DNA from: Methanosarcinales archaeon
Lineage (GTDB): Archaea; Halobacteriota; Methanosarcinia; Methanosarcinales; Methanoperedenaceae
Length of the DNA stretch: 24,000 bases
Assembly: GCA_905339155.1 (NCBI GenBank)
Contig: CAJPFJ010000068.1
Location: forward strand, 1-24,000
Direction of reading: 5' to 3'
The translations under genes were made by a program, and so were the position numbers. The notes below the pieces were generated by a model. It did not search any database. It was given only the letters and a program-made list of their open reading frames with translations, and was not told where the DNA came from. Below, piece by piece: positions 1-7,071 of the stretch (positions are counted from its first letter, which is position 1; every line of letters starts with the position of its first letter).

Positions 1-443
1 ACGTTCACTGAATATCCGCTGTATGTGAAAGTGTCGTAATTGTAGTTTGATTCCATGTACTGGTTAAATGTTGAATTTGTCATGGCGCGAGCCCAGTTCA
101 TGTTGAATTTATAAGGGTCGCCGTTTGTGCCGTTGTAGTACACGCTTGTGTTATCAGGTTTGATAACAGGACTTTCGCCAAGTTTCTTGAGTGCTTCCAT
201 GCCTGCATAGTTCAGAGCCCGCGAAAGGTCTGCCTTTGCATATGATAACGCCTGGTCTGGCGCTGATATTTCAAGATTTGAGGACATCGTCTTTGCCATT
301 CTTATGTCCATGCGGGTGAGGTTCAGGGAGACGAGCGTGGAGAGGATCACGAGGAATATGCCGATAACGACAAACGGCACGCGAGCGGAGTCGTCGCGCA
401 GGAATTGGGGTTTCTGGTGTCTTTTGTCGTTTTTTATATGCAT
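1..443 (-). CDS. Hypothetical membrane-anchored protein, N-terminal part only (gene runs off the left edge); the N-terminus resembles an archaeal pilin-like / class III signal region
   Basis: Absent from the ORF track because the window edge truncates it. My translation of the minus strand from the ATG at 443..441 reads MHIKNDKRHQKPQFLRDDSARVPFVVIGIFLVILSTLVSLNLTRMD... and stays open to position 1. It has a charged N-region, a ~20-aa hydrophobic helix, then an Asn/Tyr/Thr-rich soluble part. It starts 3 nt after the stop of the upstream gene (446), so it is probably co-transcribed. Confidence 0.4.
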   Translation of the reverse strand, partial: MHIKNDKRHQKPQFLRDDSARVPFVVIGIFLVILSTLVSLNLTRMDIRMAKTMSSNLEISAPDQALSYAKADLSRALNYAGMEALKKLGESPVIKPDNTSVYYNGTNGDPYKFNMNWARAMTNSTFNQYMESNYNYDTFTYSGYSVN

Positions 444-445
444 TA

Positions 446-1897
446 TCAATACCTTGGACACTTTGCTGGTGCCAGAATCACAGAAACTCCATTCTTTTTA
501 AGTTTTTCATTTAAGATATTTCTGATATTTTTTTCATCAGGATTCAAAATTACCGTATCCTTGATATAATTACTCACAAGCCCTGTAAGGTCCGGGACTT
601 CCTGTCCTCCGGTCATGGCAGCCACTTCGTTCTGGAGAACAACTACAACGACTTCATGTTCATTATGGACTGCGTTTATCATTGCAGGGATCCCTGAATG
701 TGCAAGTCCATAATCACCGATGATGGCGATGCCTTTCCTGTTAAATCCGCAGGCTGTACTTATAGATGAACCTAATGAGAACGCAGCATCAATAATTGAA
801 AGAGGCGGCGAGGATGTCATGATGGAGCATCCAAGGTCGCCTGCAACAGGTACATCCAGCTCTTTTATTGCGAAATACAAAGGCATATACGGGCAGTCCT
901 CGCACATGGGACGAGTTCCTCGTTTTTCTATAGTCTGCGGCACAATATCGCGCTTTACTGTATCAATATTAATATTTCCAATAGCTCTTTTAATATCCTC
1001 TTCTTCTGCGATGCCATAGGGCATGTGTCCTGTGAGCTTTCCAAACACTCTTTTTGAAACCTGCTTTTCAATAACAGGCTCTGTCTCTTCCACAACAAGT
1101 ACTCTTGAATGCTTTTTAATAAAGCGGTCGATAAGATCAATAGGTAAGGGGTTTACAATCGTGAGGGAAAGATGGGAAATATTATCGGGTATTATGGAAT
1201 CAACAAGCGATGATGGAAAACCAGATGAGATTATTCCAATATCGCCTTTTTTCTCATTTATCTTATATAAGTTCAATATTGAGGTTTCAGCGTACTTACA
1301 CATATGTGGAAAGGATTCAACATGGAATCGCTGGTGTTTCCCCAGCATAGTAAGATGCCATATTTTTTTATCAATTGGCTTTGATTGGATCTGCTCGCTT
1401 TTTCGTACGAAGTCGCCATTACTTTTCAATAGCCTGTTAGTAAGCCTGATTATCACAGGAGTTCTCACTTTTTCAGATAACATGAAAGCTTCTTTCACAC
1501 AAATATAAGCATTTTCCGTTGTTCCCGGGTCAAAAACCGGTACTTCTGCGATCGATCCGTAAAAACGCGAATCCTGTTCGTTTTGGGATTTTTCGATACC
1601 CGGGTCATCACCAGCAAATATCACAACGCCTGCGCCGATCGTATGTATTGCCGAGGTAACAAGAGGGTCTGAAAGTATATTCATGCCCACATGTTTTGTA
1701 ATGACAGCACAACGTTGCCCGCATACCGAAGAACCCAATGCAATTTCAAGTGCCACTTTTTCATTAATAGACCATTCGTGCTTGATAATATCGCCGAGTG
1801 CTTCCATGAGGTCTGTTATCGGATAACCCGGGACCCCTGTAACTTTTTTCACACCGCTATCAATAATGCCGCTAACTATTGCTTCAAGGCCATTCAT
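446..1897 (-). CDS. Thiamine-diphosphate-dependent enzyme, indolepyruvate:ferredoxin oxidoreductase alpha-subunit-like (IorA-like), without a visible ferredoxin domain
   Basis: 483-aa ORF. The N-terminal PYR-domain-like region reads GLEAIVSGIIDSGVKKVTGVPGYPITDL. A Cys pair RPMCEDCPYMPLYFAIKEL sits where IorA has its CxxCPH motif. The C-terminal TPP-binding signature is IGDYGLAHSGIPAMINAVHNEHEVVVVVLQNEVAAMTGGQ (GDx...N). I see no CxxCxxCxxxCP motif and no iorB-like gene nearby. Confidence 0.65.
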   Translation of the reverse strand: MNGLEAIVSGIIDSGVKKVTGVPGYPITDLMEALGDIIKHEWSINEKVALEIALGSSVCGQRCAVITKHVGMNILSDPLVTSAIHTIGAGVVIFAGDDPGIEKSQNEQDSRFYGSIAEVPVFDPGTTENAYICVKEAFMLSEKVRTPVIIRLTNRLLKSNGDFVRKSEQIQSKPIDKKIWHLTMLGKHQRFHVESFPHMCKYAETSILNLYKINEKKGDIGIISSGFPSSLVDSIIPDNISHLSLTIVNPLPIDLIDRFIKKHSRVLVVEETEPVIEKQVSKRVFGKLTGHMPYGIAEEEDIKRAIGNINIDTVKRDIVPQTIEKRGTRPMCEDCPYMPLYFAIKELDVPVAGDLGCSIMTSSPPLSIIDAAFSLGSSISTACGFNRKGIAIIGDYGLAHSGIPAMINAVHNEHEVVVVVLQNEVAAMTGGQEVPDLTGLVSNYIKDTVILNPDEKNIRNILNEKLKKNGVSVILAPAKCPRY

Positions 1898-2784
1898 AAA
1901 AATACCGATTCAACGTTTCTTGAAAACCAGGGAAGAGCTGCAAGCGCCCCGATTATACCTTTTCCATCTATGCAAATTTCAACACCGTTTTGTGCTGCGG
2001 TTTCCAGGGTCAATTCTTTGGAGATCATTTTGCTTCTGCATAGTCTGCTGTATTCCATAAGAGAAGAGGCGTCAAAATCAGTTAAAGCGACCATCCCTGT
2101 CTCATGGGAAACGCTGTATTTAAGAAGTCCTTCTTTTATTTTAGTAAGTAATTCTTCCTTAGCCCCACCCATGCAGGCAAATTCAAGCACTGTCGCCACG
2201 CAATTCTGGGTCTTGTCTGGCACAGGATAAAGCTGGACAAGCGTATGTGAAATATATTTATGTTCCAGGGAATCCACGGCTGCCCCGATATTATGGGCAA
2301 GAGTCCATGTTGCTCCCACTTCCTTTGAATCAGTATTGTCCATTCCCACCAGGATCCGTTCCCTTCGCGGAACTACGATCGTACCGCTTGCACGTTTTCC
2401 TCCGCCTGACTCTGAAATATTGGAGCGGATAACCCCGTTTGCGCATGACCTGCATGTAGTCGCTCCAACGCCTCCGCCACCGAGGCCGCTATAGGTTATC
2501 TCGATTTCATCGCCATTCACGATGACTGATTCAATACCAGCAGCAGCAGTTGATGATTGCAGCGCAAGGTTTGACTTTCCCACATGCACCAGATAGCGCA
2601 TCATGTCCCCAACAGAGCGGCTTTTAATTACAAGCGGGCTTTTGGAATAATGATACAGCGCCCAGGCAGAGCCGCCATAACAATTGGAATGTTCCATAAT
2701 TTCCACACATTCATTATTTCGGTCGGCTACTGCGTAAATGCCTTTATAAGGTATTGTATAGGGATCTTGTAGATTCATAAACAC
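1894..2784 (-). CDS. Hypothetical protein; the C-terminal half resembles the N-terminal (kinase-like, DxTDS) domain of archaeal TiaS
   Basis: 296-aa ORF with a 4-nt ATGA overlap onto the IorA-like gene. ILVGMDNTDSKEVGATWTLAHNIG, LVQLYPVPDKTQNCVATVLEF and GKGIIGALAALPWF parallel, from memory, the TiaS N-domain motifs GIDDTDS..GMCTTY, LIRLNP.IP.KTRGNGA and GRGLIGALAA. The N-terminal ~140 aa, including a Gly-rich SGLGGGGVGATTCRSC stretch, is unassigned. Confidence 0.5.
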   Translation of the reverse strand: MFMNLQDPYTIPYKGIYAVADRNNECVEIMEHSNCYGGSAWALYHYSKSPLVIKSRSVGDMMRYLVHVGKSNLALQSSTAAAGIESVIVNGDEIEITYSGLGGGGVGATTCRSCANGVIRSNISESGGGKRASGTIVVPRRERILVGMDNTDSKEVGATWTLAHNIGAAVDSLEHKYISHTLVQLYPVPDKTQNCVATVLEFACMGGAKEELLTKIKEGLLKYSVSHETGMVALTDFDASSLMEYSRLCRSKMISKELTLETAAQNGVEICIDGKGIIGALAALPWFSRNVESVFL

Positions 2785-2809
2785 TGGTTTTAAGTATTTT
2801 ATCTGATAT

Positions 2810-4693
2810 ATGAGTTATGGGTATAATAAAATGACATATAGAATCCTTTGTATCTTTTTACTGATCTTGACAATAAATGGTGTTTTTGCACTCGAAGAAG
2901 GTGTTTCGGTTCCTCTTGTTGCTGACCGGAGCACAGGTGATGGGGAAGAAGGGGTCCTACTTGGTGCGGAGGTAATTGTCACAAACGGCACGGGCCATGT
3001 ATTCGTGGATACTAATCCATACACACAGGTTGATCTTCAGGGTTCGGCAAGAATCGCAGCGATGGTCGCATCTGATGTACTGGGTGTTGATGAAAAGGTA
3101 TATGATTTCTATTATATTATCGATATAAGTTCACCTATCATCGGCGGGCCCTCGGCAGGTGGAGCTTTGACGGTGGCAACCATTGCTTCCATTCAAAAAT
3201 GGCCTTTGAAAAGTGATGTTGTAATGACAGGGATGATAAATCCCGACGGATCAATAGGACCTGTGGGTGGAATACCATTCAAGCTTGAGGCTGCAGCAGA
3301 AAAAAACGCCACGCTTTTCTTGATACCAGAGGGCCAGAGTATAGTAACAGTGAAAAATACCTCCTCCCGATTAAGAGGCACACTGATAGTCATTGAAGAA
3401 AAAGAGGAATCGGTGGATGTTGTAGAACTCGGGAAAAAACTCAATGTCACAGTTAAAGAAGTAAATACGATCCAGGATGTTGTCCTGGAATTTACAGGTC
3501 ATGAGATAACTAAGCCTGCATATGAGGGCTCAATTCTGACATCTGAATATATGGATCTTCTAAAACCTCTTGCCCAGAACCTGAAAGGCGAATCGGGAAA
3601 TATGTACAGGGAAATGGAATCAAAGATGCCTAAAACCCAGTTCACAGAGACTGCAAAAGATATCCTGGACAGGGCGGATAAGATGTATGATGATAAGAAA
3701 TACTATGCTGCGACCTCCTTATATTTTAATTCAATGTACACGATGCGCTTTGTTGAATGGAAGGACGGATATGATAAAGCATCAGATAAAGAACAATATC
3801 TTAACGAGATCGTAAGAAGGGTAGAGAAACAGATAAAGTCCTCTGAGACTGACCTTGAAAACTTTACATTGTACGGAGTAAGTGATGTGGAAGCAGTAGG
3901 GGCTGCCGAATCAAGGATCACAACTGCCAGGATTGGACTTGATGAAGCAGCAAAATTAAATGATACAGAGGAAAAGATATCATCGCTAGCCTTTGCTAAT
4001 GAGAGGGCGCGCACGGCACAATGGTGGCTTACACTTGCAACACCTGATGGAAATATCGTACCTGAAAAAACATTGAAAGACCGCGCTGGATGGTATTTGA
4101 GCCAGGCGCAATCCATCAATACCTATATGATAACACTTATTTCAGAAAGCGGTTCGCATCCGGATATCTCAGGAGGCGCTGGTGAAGACATAATTCATGC
4201 CCAGAAGGAAATGGAACGAGGATATTATGCAGGCTCAATATTTGATTCGCTCCAGGCCACTATAAAATCCACCACCTCGATAGGGTTGTTGGGTAAAACA
4301 GATTCGCAAAAGAAAGTTAATGAGAGTTACGAAGCAGCAAAAGTTGCGATAAACGAGGCCCGCATGATGGGAATTGAACCAACTCTTGCTGTCAGTGCGT
4401 ATGAGTATGGGGAAACGATGACAAATCCATATGAAAAGATATCCCAATATTCTTATGCAAAGATGATCGCAAAGACCTCCATTGTGCTAAAATCACATTC
4501 CATTCCTTCAAATCAATCACCTGTTAAACCGGTCATCACTCCTTATGTATCTGAACCATTTGAGCCTTTGGCGCCAGAGCCTAATGTTACCGGGAAAATA
4601 TCAAAGACAAAAATACAAGTGCCGGGTTTTGAAGCCGTTATGGCTATATCGATATTGCTGGTCGCAAGGAGGTTATATAAGAAAATAAAATAA
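2810..4693 (+). CDS. Secreted S16-family (Lon protease-domain) serine peptidase with a C-terminal PGF-CTERM archaeal sorting signal
   Basis: The Lon proteolytic-domain catalytic motif IIGGPSAGG has its Ser codon at 3152-3154. The Lys-containing GGIPFKLEAAAEKNATLFLIPEG lies ~45 aa downstream. The N-terminal signal peptide is MTYRILCIFLLILTINGVFA/LEEG, so the true start may be the ATG at 2831. The C-terminus has a Pro/Ser/Thr-rich linker followed by PGFEAVMAISILLVARRLYKKIK (4622-4690), which matches the PGF + hydrophobic + basic tail pattern. Confidence 0.8.
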   Translation: MSYGYNKMTYRILCIFLLILTINGVFALEEGVSVPLVADRSTGDGEEGVLLGAEVIVTNGTGHVFVDTNPYTQVDLQGSARIAAMVASDVLGVDEKVYDFYYIIDISSPIIGGPSAGGALTVATIASIQKWPLKSDVVMTGMINPDGSIGPVGGIPFKLEAAAEKNATLFLIPEGQSIVTVKNTSSRLRGTLIVIEEKEESVDVVELGKKLNVTVKEVNTIQDVVLEFTGHEITKPAYEGSILTSEYMDLLKPLAQNLKGESGNMYREMESKMPKTQFTETAKDILDRADKMYDDKKYYAATSLYFNSMYTMRFVEWKDGYDKASDKEQYLNEIVRRVEKQIKSSETDLENFTLYGVSDVEAVGAAESRITTARIGLDEAAKLNDTEEKISSLAFANERARTAQWWLTLATPDGNIVPEKTLKDRAGWYLSQAQSINTYMITLISESGSHPDISGGAGEDIIHAQKEMERGYYAGSIFDSLQATIKSTTSIGLLGKTDSQKKVNESYEAAKVAINEARMMGIEPTLAVSAYEYGETMTNPYEKISQYSYAKMIAKTSIVLKSHSIPSNQSPVKPVITPYVSEPFEPLAPEPNVTGKISKTKIQVPGFEAVMAISILLVARRLYKKIK

Positions 4694-4755
4694 AAGGGGA
4701 AAAAACTTGTGAATTCTATCCTTGCCATGTCTGCCCAAAGCAGATGCTTAAAGAA

Positions 4756-5094
4756 TTATAACATTATGTTTCCTTTTTTTACGATCTGCAAAATCTCAGG
4801 TCTAGATTCACAGCAAGAACTGCCGCAACCGCACGTTACTTCCTTCTGCCCTTTTACAGCAGCCCATATCATCGCAGATGCGCATCCAACGCCGTTGTCT
4901 ACTTTGATAGCGTTTGTTGGACAGTTGAGCTGACAGGCTCCGCATTCCATGCATGCTTTTGGGTTCACTAATTGCGCTGCCTTTCCACTCGTACTGAATA
5001 CACCATGAGGACATACAGTACTGCACATTCCACAGTTAATACACAATTCCGGATCGTATTTAAGAGTGTTTGAATCATACGAATTAAACATCAT
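4756..5094 (-). CDS. hgcB: HgcB, the 2x[4Fe-4S] ferredoxin of the mercury methylation pair
   Basis: Taken from the internal ATG at 5094 (MMFNSYDSNT...), 112 aa. It has two CxxCxxCxxxCP motifs, CINCGMCSTVCP and CMECGACQLNCP; the second contains the HgcB-typical CMECGA. The tail is Cys-rich with a vicinal pair (CGCGSSCC). The start overlaps the hgcA stop as ATGA. The track's longer 183-aa form would overlap hgcA by 200+ nt. Confidence 0.85.
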   Translation of the reverse strand: MMFNSYDSNTLKYDPELCINCGMCSTVCPHGVFSTSGKAAQLVNPKACMECGACQLNCPTNAIKVDNGVGCASAMIWAAVKGQKEVTCGCGSSCCESRPEILQIVKKGNIML

Positions 5095-6104
5095 ATTCCT
5101 CCAAATATTTTCATTAATGATAACGCAATTACCAGGATAATACCGATCCCGAACATCCAGGCCATTGTTGGAACATATGTAAATATTTCGCGCTTTACCC
5201 CTATCACTGAGGTAAAAGTTGTAGAACCTGTAAAGTTCAGTGCCAAAAAGGCAGTTACAGGCGGCATGGTCAGCATATAAGTCAATGCCCAACCTGAACG
5301 CAACCACAGGGCTTCATTCATCATGCCATAAAACACGTTCATGGCAAACGGTAGCGCCATCAGTCCGCCTATAATGAATCCCTTTGTACTGAAATCTTTT
5401 GTTGGGATCCAGGGCAGCAGGATTGGAAATAACACCACTCCTGACAGGATGGCTGTAATGGCAGCCGCTGCCGCTATATATCCTCCAAAAAGTGAAAGGA
5501 TTAAGGATGCGATCAACCCGGGTATCAGGATCGAGTTCATCTCAACAGGTATAAGGACAATTCGGTCAGGGAGAGTAAAGCGAACGCGGCGCATTTCTTC
5601 TGTTGCCTGGTGGGTTTTAAGATACGCTGGAAGATCAGATGCTCTCACTGGCCCGAACTCGACTTTGAATCCTGAACGCTTCCTGACCTCCTGGGCAGAT
5701 ACTCCCGTTGCGGCAAGTTGTGGAACAATAAGTATTCTGTGGCTGACTATATCATGAAGTTTTACTGCTTCGATGCGTCGTACCATCTCATCAGTTCCAA
5801 ATGTGCCTTTACCCGCAGCGCACCATACATTAATGCCTCTGGTGTCAAGAACGAGAATATAGGCATCAATACCAGCCAATGCTGATCTTAGGGCATCAAA
5901 ACTGAGGGTATAATTTGCACTGGCAAATACTGGTGAATCTTTTGTAGGTTTTCCTATGGCGTATAGCCCGGATGCTATTGAATGCTCGCTTCGTTTTACT
6001 CCAAGACGGGCCAGAAAATGGTCCAGATGATTGGCAAGTGTTATGTCGCTGGAAGTGGATTTAATATCAATTTCTTTTGTTATTGTTTCAGGTGGATTTT
6101 TCAA
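5091..6104 (-). CDS. hgcA: HgcA, the corrinoid protein of the mercury methylation pair
   Basis: 337 aa. The exact cap-helix signature INVWCAAGKGTF lies at 5808-5831, with the Cys codon at 5820-5822. A C-terminal domain follows with several hydrophobic helices (LIPGLIASLILSLFGGYIAAAAAITAILSGVVLFPILLPWIP...). The TTG start at 6104 is preceded by AAGGAG 6 nt upstream. Confidence 0.9.
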   Translation of the reverse strand: MKNPPETITKEIDIKSTSSDITLANHLDHFLARLGVKRSEHSIASGLYAIGKPTKDSPVFASANYTLSFDALRSALAGIDAYILVLDTRGINVWCAAGKGTFGTDEMVRRIEAVKLHDIVSHRILIVPQLAATGVSAQEVRKRSGFKVEFGPVRASDLPAYLKTHQATEEMRRVRFTLPDRIVLIPVEMNSILIPGLIASLILSLFGGYIAAAAAITAILSGVVLFPILLPWIPTKDFSTKGFIIGGLMALPFAMNVFYGMMNEALWLRSGWALTYMLTMPPVTAFLALNFTGSTTFTSVIGVKREIFTYVPTMAWMFGIGIILVIALSLMKIFGGI

Positions 6105-6156
6105 TTATACTCCTTCTCTTTGAGATTTCCTTCTTCAACCAATATTTTAAATTCTT

Positions 6157-6432
6157 TTATCTCTCCAGTATATCCTTCATCACCGGACCAAGCATACCTT
6201 TTACCATCCCTTCGAGTTTCTCGACCTTGATTAAGGATATACAGCATACTTCGCCGTCCTTTTCCCAGCTTACAACAGCCAGCTTATCACCGGCATGAAT
6301 ATTTGCTTTTTCTCTTATCTCTTTGGGAAGCACCATCTGCCCCCTGTCATCTACAGTTATCACGGATTCAACCTTGCAGCAACCCAGATCGGCAGGAGCA
6401 CAGCATGATTTGTTTTCATCTTTCTTTGCCAT
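6157..6432 (-). CDS. Small AbrB/SpoVT-fold (looped-hinge helix) protein with three vicinal Cys-Cys pairs
   Basis: Taken from the internal ATG at 6432, giving 91 aa: MAKKDENKSCCAPADLGCCKVESVITVDDRGQMVLPKEIREKANIHAGDKLAVVSWEKDGEVCCISLIKVEK.... VDDRGQMVLPKEIREKANIHAGDKLAV matches the AbrB-family pattern VDskGRivIPkeiReklgikeGDkl. The CC pairs are at residues 10-11, 18-19 and 63-64. A TTTAAATA box lies ~35 nt upstream of this ATG. The stop is 52 nt upstream of hgcA on the same strand. Confidence 0.7.
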   Translation of the reverse strand: MAKKDENKSCCAPADLGCCKVESVITVDDRGQMVLPKEIREKANIHAGDKLAVVSWEKDGEVCCISLIKVEKLEGMVKGMLGPVMKDILER

Positions 6433-6466
6433 TTTTATCACTTTTGTGGCAACTATGTATTCTGAA

Positions 6467-6474
6467 TATTTAAA
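6467..6474 (-). promoter_or_regulatory. Candidate archaeal TATA box for the AbrB-like/hgcAB transcription unit
   Basis: The minus strand reads AAAGTTTAAATATTCA, with TTTAAATA at 6474..6467. Its 3' edge is 35 nt from the ATG at 6432, which fits a short 5' UTR. This is motif-only evidence. Confidence 0.3.
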
Positions 6475-6525
6475 CTTTTCTGAATAATCAGAATAAGCTG
6501 AAAAAAGAATTTGTTTAAAAAGCTG

Positions 6526-6606
6526 GTCAATCTCCGGTATTTTTCCGAAATGAAGGAAAGGAAAATCTGTTGTCAGGCGCTGGTTTGGGGGAAGACGGGA
6601 CATCAT
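6526..6606 (-). pseudogene. 5' remnant (first ~26 codons) of a molybdopterin oxidoreductase gene; copy A of a 78-nt direct repeat
   Basis: Minus strand 6603..6526 aligns without gaps to 12309..12232, the 5' end of the intact gene. By hand alignment 71 of 78 positions are identical, including a 35-nt perfect core CGTCTTCCCCCAAACCAGCGCCTGACAACAGATTT. The encoded peptide is MSRLPPNQRLTTDFPFLHFGKIPEID versus MPRLPPNQRLTTDFPVLHFGKVPEFD. Similarity ends abruptly after codon 26. The frame happens to stay open into the AbrB-like gene, which produces the track's 149-aa ORF. Confidence 0.55.
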
Positions 6607-7059
6607 TTAACTTTTTTTTCTATGACCGAAAAGAAATGATATAGGGGATTTGAAGCCCTTAAGAAGCCTGGGCACCTCTGCATGTCCTGTCTGTTTTACA
6701 AGATTCGGAAGCTCATTCAACCTCGGTTTTCTTTGTAGCTGCAAAACCTCAAAATCCTGGATTTCACCGGTTTCATTTTTTATCTCTGAAAAAGTGACAT
6801 TTTTCACAATATCAGCCTTTTTTTCCTTTGCCTCACTGGGCTTGTCCCTGCTAGCTTTGCCTTTGATTTTACCATCCTGATAATAGCTTTCCGGCGATTT
6901 TATACCAAGTTTGCGGGCATTCTCCACAAGAGTGTTATATTCCCTTAATACCCAGCCAATTTCAGAGTGACTTTTGACCCCCACTTCAAAGCCAAGCTCA
7001 TATATTTTCTTTATTAGTTCAGCCCTCTCCTTTTCCATATTTGTATTGGTAATACCCAA
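6607..7059 (-). CDS. Hypothetical protein, small partner ORF downstream of the KaiC-like ATPase
   Basis: 150-aa ORF beginning 12 nt after the KaiC-like stop. The TTG start at 7059 is preceded by AGGGGGG; an alternative ATG lies at 7038. The N-terminal half looks helical, followed by a Lys/Glu-rich linker (SRDKPSEAKEKKAD). I recognise no family motif. Confidence 0.5.
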   Translation of the reverse strand: MGITNTNMEKERAELIKKIYELGFEVGVKSHSEIGWVLREYNTLVENARKLGIKSPESYYQDGKIKGKASRDKPSEAKEKKADIVKNVTFSEIKNETGEIQDFEVLQLQRKPRLNELPNLVKQTGHAEVPRLLKGFKSPISFLFGHRKKS

Positions 7060-7071
7060 AACCCCCCTGGT

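Noticed and set aside
4694-4755. 3' remnant of the oxidoreductase gene downstream of hgcB, which would mark the other edge of a cassette insertion
   Set aside because: I compared this spacer by eye with the 3' end of 11752-12309 and saw no similarity. The left boundary of any insertion remains undefined.
4756-5307. 183-aa long form of the ferredoxin ORF
   Set aside because: The first 71 codons lie inside hgcA in another frame and look non-protein-like (MVAFRLGIDLYADHAACNCLFG...). The ATG at 5094 gives the ATGA-coupled, HgcB-sized protein.
6157-6606. 149-aa ORF as a genuine protein (oxidoreductase-like N-terminus fused to AbrB domain)
   Set aside because: The N-terminal 26 codons duplicate only the extreme 5' end of the oxidoreductase gene, without any catalytic part. 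A linker of low plausibility follows. A TATA-like box and the ATG at 6432 define a normal-sized AbrB protein. I interpret it as a remnant plus an in-frame accident.
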